The position numbers and the translations under genes are program-made. From NCBI GenBank assembly GCA_963799845.1, contig CAWCYI010000004.1, positions 384,001 to 448,000 of the forward strand: 64,000 bases of DNA, given 5' to 3'. The notes under the pieces were generated by a model. That model made no database searches. It was not told the origin of the DNA and saw nothing but the letters and a program-made list of their open reading frames with translations. Shown here piece by piece: positions 1-9,577 of this stretch. Source of the stretch: an uncultured Nitrososphaerota archaeon. Its GTDB lineage: Archaea > Thermoproteota > Nitrososphaeria > Nitrososphaerales > CADDZS01. Position 1 is the first letter of the stretch; the number at the start of each line of letters is the position of its first letter.

Positions 1-2
1 AT

Positions 3-923
3 GATCTTGCTCGCGCAATCGTTCTCGAGTTGATCAGATTCTCCAAGATTGCGCAGTCCGAGAATTTTTACAAGGATAAGATCAGAGAGTTTCTAAAATC
101 CAAGAAGATCAGAACAGTTTCGGTCGTCGGAGCCGGTAGAATGGGCACATGGTTCGCCAGGTATTTTCAAGATCTTGGAGTTGAAGTATTTCTATACGAC
201 GAGATGACCGAGAAAGCAAAAGCGAGTGCGGAAAAGATTCATGTCCGTCACGTGGACAATCTAGAGAAAGCGACAGATTCAGACTTGATTGTCATTTCAA
301 TCCCAATTACAAAGACTCCAAGTTTGATCCGTGAAATTGTCAGACATATCCAAAAGAAAGGTTCTAAGAACAAAAGAGTAATTGAGATCTCTTCAGTCAA
401 AAACGAAATAGGATCTTCCGGTCTTTTTGACGAGGGTTTTGCGGGAAAGAGCAAATTAGCTCTATACTCAATACATCCTCTATTTGGTGCTCATGCTCTG
501 CCTTTTGAAAGAAATTCAATAATCCAAGTTTTTCCAAAAAACGCATCTTTTTTGAATGGAATTTTCCCACAGTTTAGGATAGTATTCCTTAACTGGAAAG
601 ATCATGACCGGCTAATGGGATCATTTCTCACATTGCCCCATGCTCTTGCACTAGTTTTTGCAAATCTAACGACAATCCCGGCTCGATTCGGAGAGGAGCT
701 GAAAGACGTAAGCGGACCGAGTTTCTCGCACATGTTGGAGCTATCAAAACGGACGCTCAGCGAGGATCCTAATATCTATTTTGAAATTCAATCATCGAAC
801 CCAAATTCAAATGCCATTGTCTCAGACATCATTTCCTCGACACGCAAATTTCAGAAGACTCTCAGGAGTCGCTCGGATTTTGAAGGATTTTTCGAAGAAA
901 CAAAAAGCAACATCGAATCGTAG
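3..923 (+). CDS. tyrA: Prephenate dehydrogenase, probably fused to an N-terminal chorismate mutase domain; 5' end lies before the window
   Basis: VVGAGRMG Rossmann motif, IEISSVK, SIHPLFG, HDRLMG..LPH. The frame is open from the window edge (DLARAIVLELIRFSKIAQ resembles a chorismate mutase C-terminal helix). Confidence 0.85.
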   Translation, partial: DLARAIVLELIRFSKIAQSENFYKDKIREFLKSKKIRTVSVVGAGRMGTWFARYFQDLGVEVFLYDEMTEKAKASAEKIHVRHVDNLEKATDSDLIVISIPITKTPSLIREIVRHIQKKGSKNKRVIEISSVKNEIGSSGLFDEGFAGKSKLALYSIHPLFGAHALPFERNSIIQVFPKNASFLNGIFPQFRIVFLNWKDHDRLMGSFLTLPHALALVFANLTTIPARFGEELKDVSGPSFSHMLELSKRTLSEDPNIYFEIQSSNPNSNAIVSDIISSTRKFQKTLRSRSDFEGFFEETKSNIES

Positions 924-973
924 TCTCCCCACTCTCATTGTGGAACCATCACGAGACTGCACATTGTTTCAAA

Positions 974-1858
974 TTATCGATGCACCCGTTTCCTCGCTGT
1001 TAACATCATCGTTTTCCTGGGCGCACTGATTCCTGTCCAAATCTCGAAAGATTTTGCCGCCTGTTCCACGAGCATGAGTAGTCCGTCTATCGTAACCAAA
1101 CCTTCTTTCTTTGCATCCTTAAGGATAGGTGAGTCAGTTCGATAATTAAGGTCAAAAAACTTCATACCTTTTGCGGCTGAGCTGAAATTCACGCGAAAAG
1201 GAATCGAGGCCGTCAGCGGTATCGTGTTGATCAAGAGATCGACTTTATCCGACAAAGAACCCTCAACAGAATCTTTGGATAGCTCAGAAGATTCTGCCTT
1301 TTTGCCAGGGAATTGAAGCTGGAAGGCATGGGCGACTTCCTCAGCTCTGTCCTTTGTTCTGTTCAGGATTTTCACTTCTTCAAAGCCGTTGCTGAAGAGG
1401 GCGTAAATGCATGCGCGGGAAGCTCCTCCTGCCCCAAGGACAACGGCGCGCTGCCCTTTTTGGCCGATCAAGCCCAATTTTGACAGCGAGGCAACCACGC
1501 CATCAATATCGGTATTATGACCGATCATCTTTCTTTCTTGAGTGAAAGTGACAACGTTTACCGCCCCGACAGCATTCGCATCGGGCTCCAGGCGAGCCAT
1601 CAATGATAGAATCCTTTCTTTGAATGGGATAGTGACATTAAGCCCAACCACATCTCTATCCATAGCGAATTCATCAAGTCTAGAACGGAATCCAGAATCG
1701 GGAACGTCGCTCAGGCCGTATTCCATGTCGAGCCCCAACTCTCGGATAGCTTTGTTGTGAATTGCTGGTGATATCGACTTCGCGATTCCAGAACCAAGGA
1801 GGAATACTTTCTTTAATTTTCCATGAGTCTTCTTGCAAGCTTTTGGAGTTATCACCAA
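974..1858 (-). CDS. aroE: Shikimate dehydrogenase
   Basis: SISPAIHN, GLNVTIPFKE, GAVN, GHNTD, VLGAGGASRA, DGLLMLVEQA motifs. Confidence 0.95.
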   Translation of the reverse strand: MVITPKACKKTHGKLKKVFLLGSGIAKSISPAIHNKAIRELGLDMEYGLSDVPDSGFRSRLDEFAMDRDVVGLNVTIPFKERILSLMARLEPDANAVGAVNVVTFTQERKMIGHNTDIDGVVASLSKLGLIGQKGQRAVVLGAGGASRACIYALFSNGFEEVKILNRTKDRAEEVAHAFQLQFPGKKAESSELSKDSVEGSLSDKVDLLINTIPLTASIPFRVNFSSAAKGMKFFDLNYRTDSPILKDAKKEGLVTIDGLLMLVEQAAKSFEIWTGISAPRKTMMLTARKRVHR

Positions 1859-1868
1859 GATTCTCCGC

Positions 1869-2573
1869 TCACCTCCAGGCGGCCAAAATCGCTTTCATTG
1901 ATCCAGCGTCTAGCTGTCCTGGAGCTGTCGCTTCGTCAGGAAGAGAGGCGTAAGTAAACGGACTTCCAAACTCAACGCAGGAGATTCTAGAAAAAATGCC
2001 GAGAGAACCCGAGCAGAAAGCTATCAGTTTTGAGGGATGGATCTTGTCTATTATTTTGTAGAGCGAAAGTACTCTCAAGTTGTCATCGAATTCATTTGCT
2101 TTTCGAACGACCTTAACATAGCTCGGAGAGTAACGAACGGCAGCTCCCTTAACCAATTTCCGCAGATCGGATGTCTGTTCCGTTTCAACAAAGTTGTGTG
2201 AGGAGGCGATCAGCCTAGAATTTGAATTCCTCAAAGAATGAGCTATGATCGGAAGGGATTCCAATGTTGAGATCTCAATGTCGAGAAAAGTCGGCCTGCA
2301 AATAGAAATGATGTCCAACAGGATGTTTTTGCGAGTATTTTCATCAATCCTTGCTAACCCTCCCTCCGTGTGCTTTCTGAAAGTCATTATTTCGTTTCCG
2401 CGAAGATGCCGCCGAATCTCTTCCAAGTCTGAAGTTCTGATCGACCCAAGATAATCCAATCTTAGTTCAATGAATTCAGGGTTAAATGATCGCGCAAGCT
2501 CAAGCCTTCCAATCAAGCCAAGCAAACTTCGACCATAAACTGAAACACAAACTCCCTCAGTCTCTTGACTCAT
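1869..2573 (-). CDS. aroD: Type I 3-dehydroquinate dehydratase (alternative start 2603)
   Basis: IELRLDYL, TFR..TEGG, ASSHNF, TAPGQ motifs; adjacent to aroE. Confidence 0.9.
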   Translation of the reverse strand: MSQETEGVCVSVYGRSLLGLIGRLELARSFNPEFIELRLDYLGSIRTSDLEEIRRHLRGNEIMTFRKHTEGGLARIDENTRKNILLDIISICRPTFLDIEISTLESLPIIAHSLRNSNSRLIASSHNFVETEQTSDLRKLVKGAAVRYSPSYVKVVRKANEFDDNLRVLSLYKIIDKIHPSKLIAFCSGSLGIFSRISCVEFGSPFTYASLPDEATAPGQLDAGSMKAILAAWR

Positions 2574-2736
2574 TCGAGGATGTCTCGAAGTGCGTAAGGA
2601 CATCAGCTACCACTCGGGCGAAATATTCAACTATGCTCCTACTACAGTAGTAATAAACTTAACAACGGAACGGCCAAGTCGACTATTCACAAGAAGAAGG
2701 GCTAAGAGGCCCTGGTTGGCCCTTCTGAGAATGATA

Positions 2737-3027
2737 CTACTTACGATTTAACTTCCAAGACAGCTCGGAAGCAATCTGCTCCTTGGTCTTGCCTTTCGTG
2801 TCAATGCCCTCTTTTTGCGCGGCGACAACTAGAGGATCATCGGGAGACGGAGATGAAGCAGCTACTTGAGCAATGGGAGCATCGCTCGTTTCACCCTTCG
2901 AACCCTTTTCGAATTCCCTTCGAGCCTGACCTAGAGACCTCGCAAACTGAGGAATCCTGCTCGCTCCAAACAGAAGAACTACTACCGCGAGAATCAGTAT
3001 GATTACAACGGGATCGTCGAACCCCAA
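2737..3027 (-). CDS. tatA: Twin-arginine translocase TatA/E
   Basis: N-terminal TM followed by LLFGASRIPQFARSLGQARREFEKG. Confidence 0.92.
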   Translation of the reverse strand: MGFDDPVVIILILAVVVLLFGASRIPQFARSLGQARREFEKGSKGETSDAPIAQVAASSPSPDDPLVVAAQKEGIDTKGKTKEQIASELSWKLNRK

Positions 3028-3100
3028 CTAACTTGACCTTCCTAACCCTACAGTAGCTAGTTCCTGATATTTAAGTGCTAACCGGAATTACATCATCATT

Positions 3101-4532
3101 TTATCGGCGAAAAGAGGGGCGTTTTGGTCTTCTTTCAAACCGCTTGGACTCCCCGGATGAGTCGCGGTTGAATCTCGGCCTGTCTCGATTCCCGGAGTAT
3201 CCTCCTCCACCGGCGATATTTTCAGTGAAGCTGAAAGATCCTCCGGAAGGACGAGGAGGCCTGCTATCTTGACCGTCCGGCCGATCTCTCCGGAAGGAAG
3301 ATCTTGGACGATTCCCATAGGATCTGCGGTTTCGCTGCTGGCCGTAGTGCTGTGACTGATCGACTGGAGGCGGTTTGTATCCAGGTGGGAGAATATCCGC
3401 AACCCTCTTGATCTCAGCTTCTGTCATTCCGGCAATCCGATTGAAGTCGGGATATTCAGAATTTGATACAAGTGAAATCGCCTTCCCTGCCCTACCTGCT
3501 CTTGCAGTCCTGCCAATCCTGTGGAAGTAAGTAAGAGGATCCTGTGGGACATCGTAATTTATCACGTGACCAACTTCTGGGACGTCGATTCCTCGAGCTG
3601 CAACGTCGGTCGCGACCAGGATCTCGATGTGACCGCTGCGAAAGTTCTGCATCGCGTGTTCCCGTCTGTTCTGGGAGAGATCTCCGTGGATGGGTGCCGC
3701 TCTAAACCCTTGCGCCTGCAGTCGTTCAGCTAACCTCTGAGTCTTGATCTTGGTGGCACAGAAAATTATTCCGGATGAGATCTTGTTTTTCCTCACGTAT
3801 TCAACCAGCGCCTGAAACTTGCTCCTTTCATCAACTATGGCGTAGGACTGGTCGATTTCATCAAGTGATAGTTCGTCGCTGTCTATCAATACGTTTACTG
3901 GATGATTCATGTATCTGTCTGCGAGCCTAACTATTTCGTTAGGCATCGTCGCGGAGAATAGCGCTGTCTGACTTCCATTGGGTAATTTCCTCATGATGTA
4001 GTCGACATCGTCAATGAATCCCATATCCAGCATCCTGTCTGCCTCATCAAGGACCACAAACTGGACGTCTTGAAGATCGATTGTCCCGCGCTCAATGTGA
4101 TCAATCAATCGACCGGGAGTAGCTACAACAATCTGGGGTGTTTTTTTGCGGAGTCTCTCGATTTGCGGGGTGATGGCCTGACCGCCGTATATCGAATAAG
4201 CCCTTACGTTAGTATGCGAGCCGATCTTGTTGAATTCATCTGTAACCTGGAGAGCTCAGCTCCCTGGTAGGGACGACCACAAGCGCCTGCACGTATGGCT
4301 TCTTGCCATCAACTTTCTCGATGATCGGAATTGCATATGCCGCGGTTTTTCCTGAACCCGTGTGAGCTTGCCCTATGACGTCCTTTGCTTCCATTAGAGG
4401 TGGTATCGCCTGAGCCTGTATAGGAAACATCGTCTTGTAGCCGATTTCGTGTAGGCTCTTGAGTACTTCTGGTCTCAACCTGAGGCTATCAAAAACTGGA
4501 GCAGCGCTTTCTTCAATACTGTTTGTTTGCAT
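3101..4532 (-). CDS. DEAD-box RNA helicase, split by one extra base at ~4257
   Basis: Q motif (FPIQ), HTGSGKT, PTREL; removing one base gives PTRELALQV...ATPGRLIDH; DEAD, SAT, HRIGRTAR; R/G/S-rich tail. Confidence 0.93.
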
Positions 4533-4550
4533 TTTCTTTCTTTCACTTTT

Positions 4551-4683
4551 CTTGGTTTTTTCCTAAATCTAATTGAACCTAGGAGCAGAAAATAGTTCGG
4601 AGGTCTTGCAACCCCTCTGTCTTCCGCTGTTGCCGATAAACGGCCCATTTCAATTGCGGAGCCTCTCATTGAGGCAAACCAAA
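4551..4683 (-). ncRNA. Candidate structured cis-regulatory RNA in the helicase 5' leader
   Basis: Closing stem plus four enclosed hairpins, a GCAA tetraloop, and G-U pairs that form only on the minus strand; ends ~19 nt before the ATG. Confidence 0.6.
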
Positions 4684-4794
4684 GGTTACGATTAGTGAGC
4701 TGAATTTGAAAGCGTCCAAAATCGTCTTATCGGTCTGTCATACGTCAAAAAGGGGCTCTTAATCTAGTCTTCAAACAGTCATAGTATCTTTGCA

Positions 4795-4808
4795 TATTTA
4801 AAGTTTGA
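4795..4808 (-). promoter_or_regulatory. Putative BRE/TATA (TCAAAC-TTTAAATA) for the helicase, implying a ~240-nt leader
   Basis: Consensus archaeal TATA on the minus strand. Confidence 0.45.
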
Positions 4809-5085
4809 AATATCGTGAATAGGGTTGCTTCGAGCCTTTTAGACTCGATCCGTTGCTGAGGGCCGAAATAATTCCCCGGCTTAAGGCGGATTTTAGGCGG
4901 TGGGTCGGGATTGATAATGGTACCCGATATATGGTATTTAGGCATAACCCGAACTGGGCCTGTCCCAGAATTTAGGCATTAGATCTAATTGTTTTATGCG
5001 AAACCGCGATCGGTCGTCTTCGATTTTTCTAGCGCGAAGGATAAACCATATATTTGATAGGTGCCCTCATAGTGCTTGCCCTAAA

Positions 5086-5313
5086 ATGGTAACAATATGC
5101 CCAAAATGCGGCAAGAAAGCTTGGAAGCCGTACAAATTTGTAATAAAAGGAAAGAGCGGAAAGAATTACACATATCTTGTCTACCGTCACAATGAGAAGA
5201 AAAGGCACACTCCACGAAAATGCTATGTTGCCCAGAAAAAGGCAAAGCCGAAACTGGCCGTGAAGAAGAGCGCAAAAAGTTCTCCAACTCACTCTAAGTC
5301 TCGAAAGCGGTAG
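5086..5313 (+). CDS. Small very basic CPxCG...H...C zinc-ribbon protein with a Lys-rich tail; putative nucleic-acid binding
   Basis: MVTICPKCGK...YLVYRH...RKCYV; TATA-like CATATATT ~30 nt upstream of ATG 5086. Confidence 0.7.
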   Translation: MVTICPKCGKKAWKPYKFVIKGKSGKNYTYLVYRHNEKKRHTPRKCYVAQKKAKPKLAVKKSAKSSPTHSKSRKR

Positions 5314-5371
5314 ATAGTCTGCGGTAAACTTGTCGTGATGTGGCCTCGGATTTGTCCGGGGCTAAATTTTT

Positions 5372-5866
5372 CTAACTTTCTTTTCGGGTCATCGCGTAGA
5401 GGTTCGTATTTTTTCTGATGGCGCTCGTATATTCTATCAGATTCTGAAGTTCCTGCTTGTTCAACACCTTCATCAGCTTCGCGATCTCTCGCCGGTGGGA
5501 GGTGTATATTCTCTTGAACAACCTGGAGCCAGTCCCGGTAAGTTCAACCTTGACCAATCTGCGATCGCTTGAATCTCTGAGACGCCTGACGTATCGCAGC
5601 TTTTCCAGATTATCCACGATCGTCGTTATATTTGCGAATGTGACTATCATTTCTTTCCCGATCTCGCTCATGGTAAGCTGGCCTTCGCGCGAGTTTCCGA
5701 TAACTCGAAGCACCGTATATTGGGGCGGGGTCAAACCATACTGTCTCAGATCAGACATTATGTGGGAGTATACTATCTTGTAAGTGTTGGAGAGGCTGCT
5801 CCACGCCGTGTTCTCAATTGGTTCTAGATCGACATTCTTCACAGAGGAGTTCTCGATTCTTTGCAT
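5372..5866 (-). CDS. MarR-family transcriptional regulator
   Basis: GLTPPQYTVL, ITTIVDNLEK, DRRLVKVELT. Confidence 0.92.
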   Translation of the reverse strand: MQRIENSSVKNVDLEPIENTAWSSLSNTYKIVYSHIMSDLRQYGLTPPQYTVLRVIGNSREGQLTMSEIGKEMIVTFANITTIVDNLEKLRYVRRLRDSSDRRLVKVELTGTGSRLFKRIYTSHRREIAKLMKVLNKQELQNLIEYTSAIRKNTNLYAMTRKES

Positions 5867-5976
5867 TTCTTAATGGTCCAACTCTCTACCCTTGACTCTA
5901 AATTGCAGTGGAAATCGAAGAGCAGTGCAACCGATTGTTCAGAGATCATAATGAACTTTGTTGCGTTCAGCAATTC

Positions 5977-7278
5977 CTAATTGAAATCTGTTATCCTTCT
6001 CTGTTCAAGTCCTTGCTTCAAAAGCTCCGAGTTTTCGATCCAGTGCTTCCTAGAGATCATGAAATTTGTGCAGGCAAAATCAAGCGCCTGGCCTATGGTG
6101 TCGAATCTCCGATAATTACCGGCAAGAAGGGTCCTGATGCTCTCTCTGACATTCCATACCCCGACAGGCAAGATGTAGCCGGGATGAATTTCGCGCAGCA
6201 TTATCGCCCCAGATTGCCTCCTGACCTGTGAAAGATATTCGGAGACCGCAAATCGCGTCGAATAGTAACAACCGCCCGGCTTTGCATAAGTTTTCCTTCC
6301 GGAGTAACCTTCGAAGTCGCCGATCATTTCCGGCTTTGAACCGAACTGATTCCATGCCGTACCCGAATGCCAGGCCTCTATCCATTCGAATTTCCATCTT
6401 TCGGGAGTGAGAATTGCGACGTAGACGTTGTCCAGGTTCGTCAGTGTGAACACTCGGAATTCATCGACTGTTTGGTAGTCCTTGATTTCTTCCATCAGCC
6501 GGAGCGACAGAGTGCTGTCAACGGCGGTTATGCTCCACCTCGTTGGGACTAGCTTCCTCCTTTTTCTCTGGCCGAAAACTCCTACCGAGAACGCCTTTTC
6601 AAGTTTGGAAAAGATGACCCCATCACGGTAAAGGGAAAAGACTGCATCCGCGGCTTTCAAATCTCCATCGTAGTACGCCTTTTCCATTCTTTGGTCGACC
6701 GAGATGTTGCCGCTAGCCTTGAACGCTTTCATGGGAGCGCTCGGTCCGAAGGGCTGACTGTTTTCGCTGAAGGAGACTCGATTGACGGGCTTTTTTGAAA
6801 GGAGCAGCTCAGAGTCAGCCGATTTGGTGGACATCGCAATCTCCTGAAGCGTATCCAATAGTCTGGATCCCGTCTGCGCATCTGTAACGTTTGCTCTGAG
6901 GCATCCACGAACAAGAGTGTATCTGTAACCAACAATCTCCTCAATCGTCTTGCCCTTCCACAACTCTGGAGTGTCGAGGAACCCTGTATCGCCGTGGAGC
7001 GCAGGAACCATTGGTCCGATGAACACTTTTGGATAACCGAATCTTCCTACGAAGACTCCGGGAGGAGTTGATCCCTGAATTATGTCAGAACTCAGGAATG
7101 CTTGGGCGTTTTTCGCAAACCCCTCGGCCTTCGTCAAGATTGGACACTTTGGCTTCCCACAAAGGAGCTTCGCGCCGCGACAGGCAAGGCACATTTCAGC
7201 GGTAGGCCTTTCAATGACCAGTTTCGTCCTCCACTCCGGATGAGCGAATTTCGGAGCAAACCATGGAATCGAAGACAA
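5977..7278 (-). CDS. nreA: Archaeal Nre DNA repair protein
   Basis: CLACRG..LCGK..CP, PPGVFVG..GYPKV, LVPTRWSITAVD, C-terminal PIP box QRRITDF. Confidence 0.93.
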   Translation of the reverse strand: MSSIPWFAPKFAHPEWRTKLVIERPTAEMCLACRGAKLLCGKPKCPILTKAEGFAKNAQAFLSSDIIQGSTPPGVFVGRFGYPKVFIGPMVPALHGDTGFLDTPELWKGKTIEEIVGYRYTLVRGCLRANVTDAQTGSRLLDTLQEIAMSTKSADSELLLSKKPVNRVSFSENSQPFGPSAPMKAFKASGNISVDQRMEKAYYDGDLKAADAVFSLYRDGVIFSKLEKAFSVGVFGQRKRRKLVPTRWSITAVDSTLSLRLMEEIKDYQTVDEFRVFTLTNLDNVYVAILTPERWKFEWIEAWHSGTAWNQFGSKPEMIGDFEGYSGRKTYAKPGGCYYSTRFAVSEYLSQVRRQSGAIMLREIHPGYILPVGVWNVRESIRTLLAGNYRRFDTIGQALDFACTNFMISRKHWIENSELLKQGLEQRRITDFN

Positions 7279-7342
7279 TTGTGTCTGACCAGTTACCCTT
7301 TCCTAATAGTTACGCTGTTACTTCGTAATTTTCATGAGAACA

Positions 7343-7510
7343 TCATTTTTGATCATTGAAACCGTCGTTGGCATCCTCTTGGTTTTTTTCTTGACGATCA
7401 AGCTCTTCGAAGAATTGTTTTTTCATCTGAGATTTTTGAACTGTTATGAGAATCTCGGCCAACGCCAACGTTGCAATGCCAACGACTGCCAAGATAGCAA
7501 AGACGTTCAT
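7343..7510 (-). CDS. 55-aa single-TM microprotein, below the ORF-track cutoff
   Basis: ATG directly follows the upstream TAG (TAGATG); MNVFAILAVVGIATLALAEILITVQK...DQK. Confidence 0.6.
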   Translation of the reverse strand: MNVFAILAVVGIATLALAEILITVQKSQMKKQFFEELDRQEKNQEDANDGFNDQK

Positions 7511-7927
7511 CTAATCCACACTGGGAGGAATGTATGTGTCAAAGCCTGTGGAGAGCCCGGAAACTATGAACTGTCTTCTGTACTGATCAATGTAATCCAG
7601 AGCAAACTTATCAGCGTTCTTCTCGGTACCTCGATGGTTGCCCGATGTGGATCTAATCGCGTGGTACATTTCGTGCAAAACGACGAATGGATTGAAGAAA
7701 TGATCCTGGTCTGCAAACGCTATCGAATTCGATGAGACTGAGTAAACTGCCAACGCCAATTTCTTCCCCTTTGTGTGCCCTATCTGGAGGCTCGGAGTCC
7801 GCACTTTGAATTTTCGGCTCACGAGATTTACGGCTTTTTCAGTATCTTTGTTCAATATCAGGCCGACAATTGCGGCCTTGAATCTGGACTCGTCCAGAGC
7901 CAGGATTTCTTCAGTATCATCTGACAA
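7511..7927 (-). CDS. Small zincin-like (HExxH) protein
   Basis: VVLHEMYH followed by EKNADKFA. Confidence 0.7.
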   Translation of the reverse strand: MSDDTEEILALDESRFKAAIVGLILNKDTEKAVNLVSRKFKVRTPSLQIGHTKGKKLALAVYSVSSNSIAFADQDHFFNPFVVLHEMYHAIRSTSGNHRGTEKNADKFALDYIDQYRRQFIVSGLSTGFDTYIPPSVD

Positions 7928-8035
7928 TTTATTTTCAACCTCTTTTCAAACTATGACCATGTGATAAAATTCGATTGATATACTCAAATCCGAAACGTGG
8001 ATTCCAGCACAGATAACTTCGAACGCATTCTGAAC

Positions 8036-8476
8036 TCATTTCCAAGAGACTATGAAGGGAGTAGACTTGTCTAGGAGTCTCGCTATAAAGTGCTTGAGAT
8101 AGCGATCAATGTTCAGAGTGAGTGCCTCTTTCGGCTCAACCCAGATGACTCCTTGAATCTCATTTGAGTCTACTCTTGGAGTCTCGTTTCCCACCACACT
8201 GCAAAGGTAGTCAAAGAAAATGAAATGAGCGCGCTTCCAAAATTCCTTCGGATAGATCACCTGCTGTATCGATACGAGCTCCAGTACCTTGATGTCCAGT
8301 CCCACCTCTTCTTTTATCTCCCTAACCAAGGCATCTTCGCATGTTTCTCCCAATTCGACATGACCGCCGGGAACAGTGTAAAGGCCTGGCCACTTGTGCG
8401 AATCGCAGAGCAAGATCTTTCCGTCTTCTCGCTGGATCAGACCACCGACAGTAGGCTCTGGAAATACTTGAATCAT
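8036..8476 (-). CDS. NUDIX hydrolase
   Basis: Nudix box GGHVELGETCEDALVREIKEEVGL; start moved to MIQVFPEP. Confidence 0.9.
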   Translation of the reverse strand: MIQVFPEPTVGGLIQREDGKILLCDSHKWPGLYTVPGGHVELGETCEDALVREIKEEVGLDIKVLELVSIQQVIYPKEFWKRAHFIFFDYLCSVVGNETPRVDSNEIQGVIWVEPKEALTLNIDRYLKHFIARLLDKSTPFIVSWK

Positions 8477-8683
8477 CAATTGAGATTCAACACCCTTGTA
8501 TGTATGTGTGACCTTTTGTAAGTTGTAAATTCCCAGGAAAAGGAGATCCCACGAAAAAACGTTTGTCAAATCATCCTTCGTTCCGAATGAATGACGTGCT
8601 TCTGTTCTTCCAGAGATGATCAGACGTCCGTCTTTCCTGCGGAAGGTATAAATTACTGTAACCTTGCAGTAAGGATTCCAAAA

Positions 8684-9577
8684 ATGACAATCAGTCAAGT
8701 GGAAGCGGAAGTTCCGGCAAAAGAAGATGATCGCACTTTTTTTGATACGACTTCAAAAAGTACAATCCCAAGCGCGATGCAACTTAGGAGAAATCCGCCG
8801 GCTAGAAACACTTCGCGCTTTTGGTTCGAGAGATTTCTTACGGTGATCCAAAGACAAAATCCTGCAATAATCGATTCTTCATTCCTCAGCCAGATCGCGC
8901 CCAGCAATGAGGGAAAGCTGCTGTCCCAGCTCAAGTTCCTTGGGGTAGTCGATGATCAGGGAAAGCCAACGAGAGTTCTGCCAATCCTGAATATGGTCGG
9001 AGACGAACAAAGAAAGGCCTTCCTGGAGATCGCGAAGGAATCGTACAAAGATCTTCTTTTGGAGGTCAAAGTAGACAAAGCAGTCCCGGATGATCTCGTC
9101 AATTTTTTTATCAGAAAGTACGCCTTCACCAGAGACAAGGGAATCAACGCCTCAAAATTTTTCCTTTACTTGACAGAGAAGGGTGGAATATCGGTCTCTA
9201 GCGAGCTTGATTCATTTCTATCCGAAAAGGCACCCGTACCGTCGCAACCTGGCAACGGATCGGTTTCTGTCACTAGAATCTCCGAGAAGCAGTCGTCAAG
9301 AATTCATACCAAGGAGTCGAGGCCCTCGACTACATCGAATCGTCAGGCATTGCAACGAAAGATAAAGCCGTCTGAACAGGAGCAGTCTTCGATACAGACC
9401 GTCATCAGCATAAAGCTCGACAAAGATACTCCGAAAGAATACTGGGACAGGGTTCTGGCCTTGATCGGAGAAAGACCGGTTGATGTATCCGTTGAAGCAG
9501 GTCGTAACGATGGACAAGTGGAATCATTTAGCGAGAACCTGGAGCAGGACGCTTCTACGGATTCCGGGTTCACCTGA
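8684..9577 (+). CDS. DUF5343-like protein (predicted winged-helix N-terminal domain, disordered linker)
   Basis: LLSQLKFLGVVDDQGKPT...ESYKDL signature recalled for DUF5343; TATA (GTATAAAT) ~30 nt upstream of ATG 8684. Confidence 0.65.
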   Translation: MTISQVEAEVPAKEDDRTFFDTTSKSTIPSAMQLRRNPPARNTSRFWFERFLTVIQRQNPAIIDSSFLSQIAPSNEGKLLSQLKFLGVVDDQGKPTRVLPILNMVGDEQRKAFLEIAKESYKDLLLEVKVDKAVPDDLVNFFIRKYAFTRDKGINASKFFLYLTEKGGISVSSELDSFLSEKAPVPSQPGNGSVSVTRISEKQSSRIHTKESRPSTTSNRQALQRKIKPSEQEQSSIQTVISIKLDKDTPKEYWDRVLALIGERPVDVSVEAGRNDGQVESFSENLEQDASTDSGFT

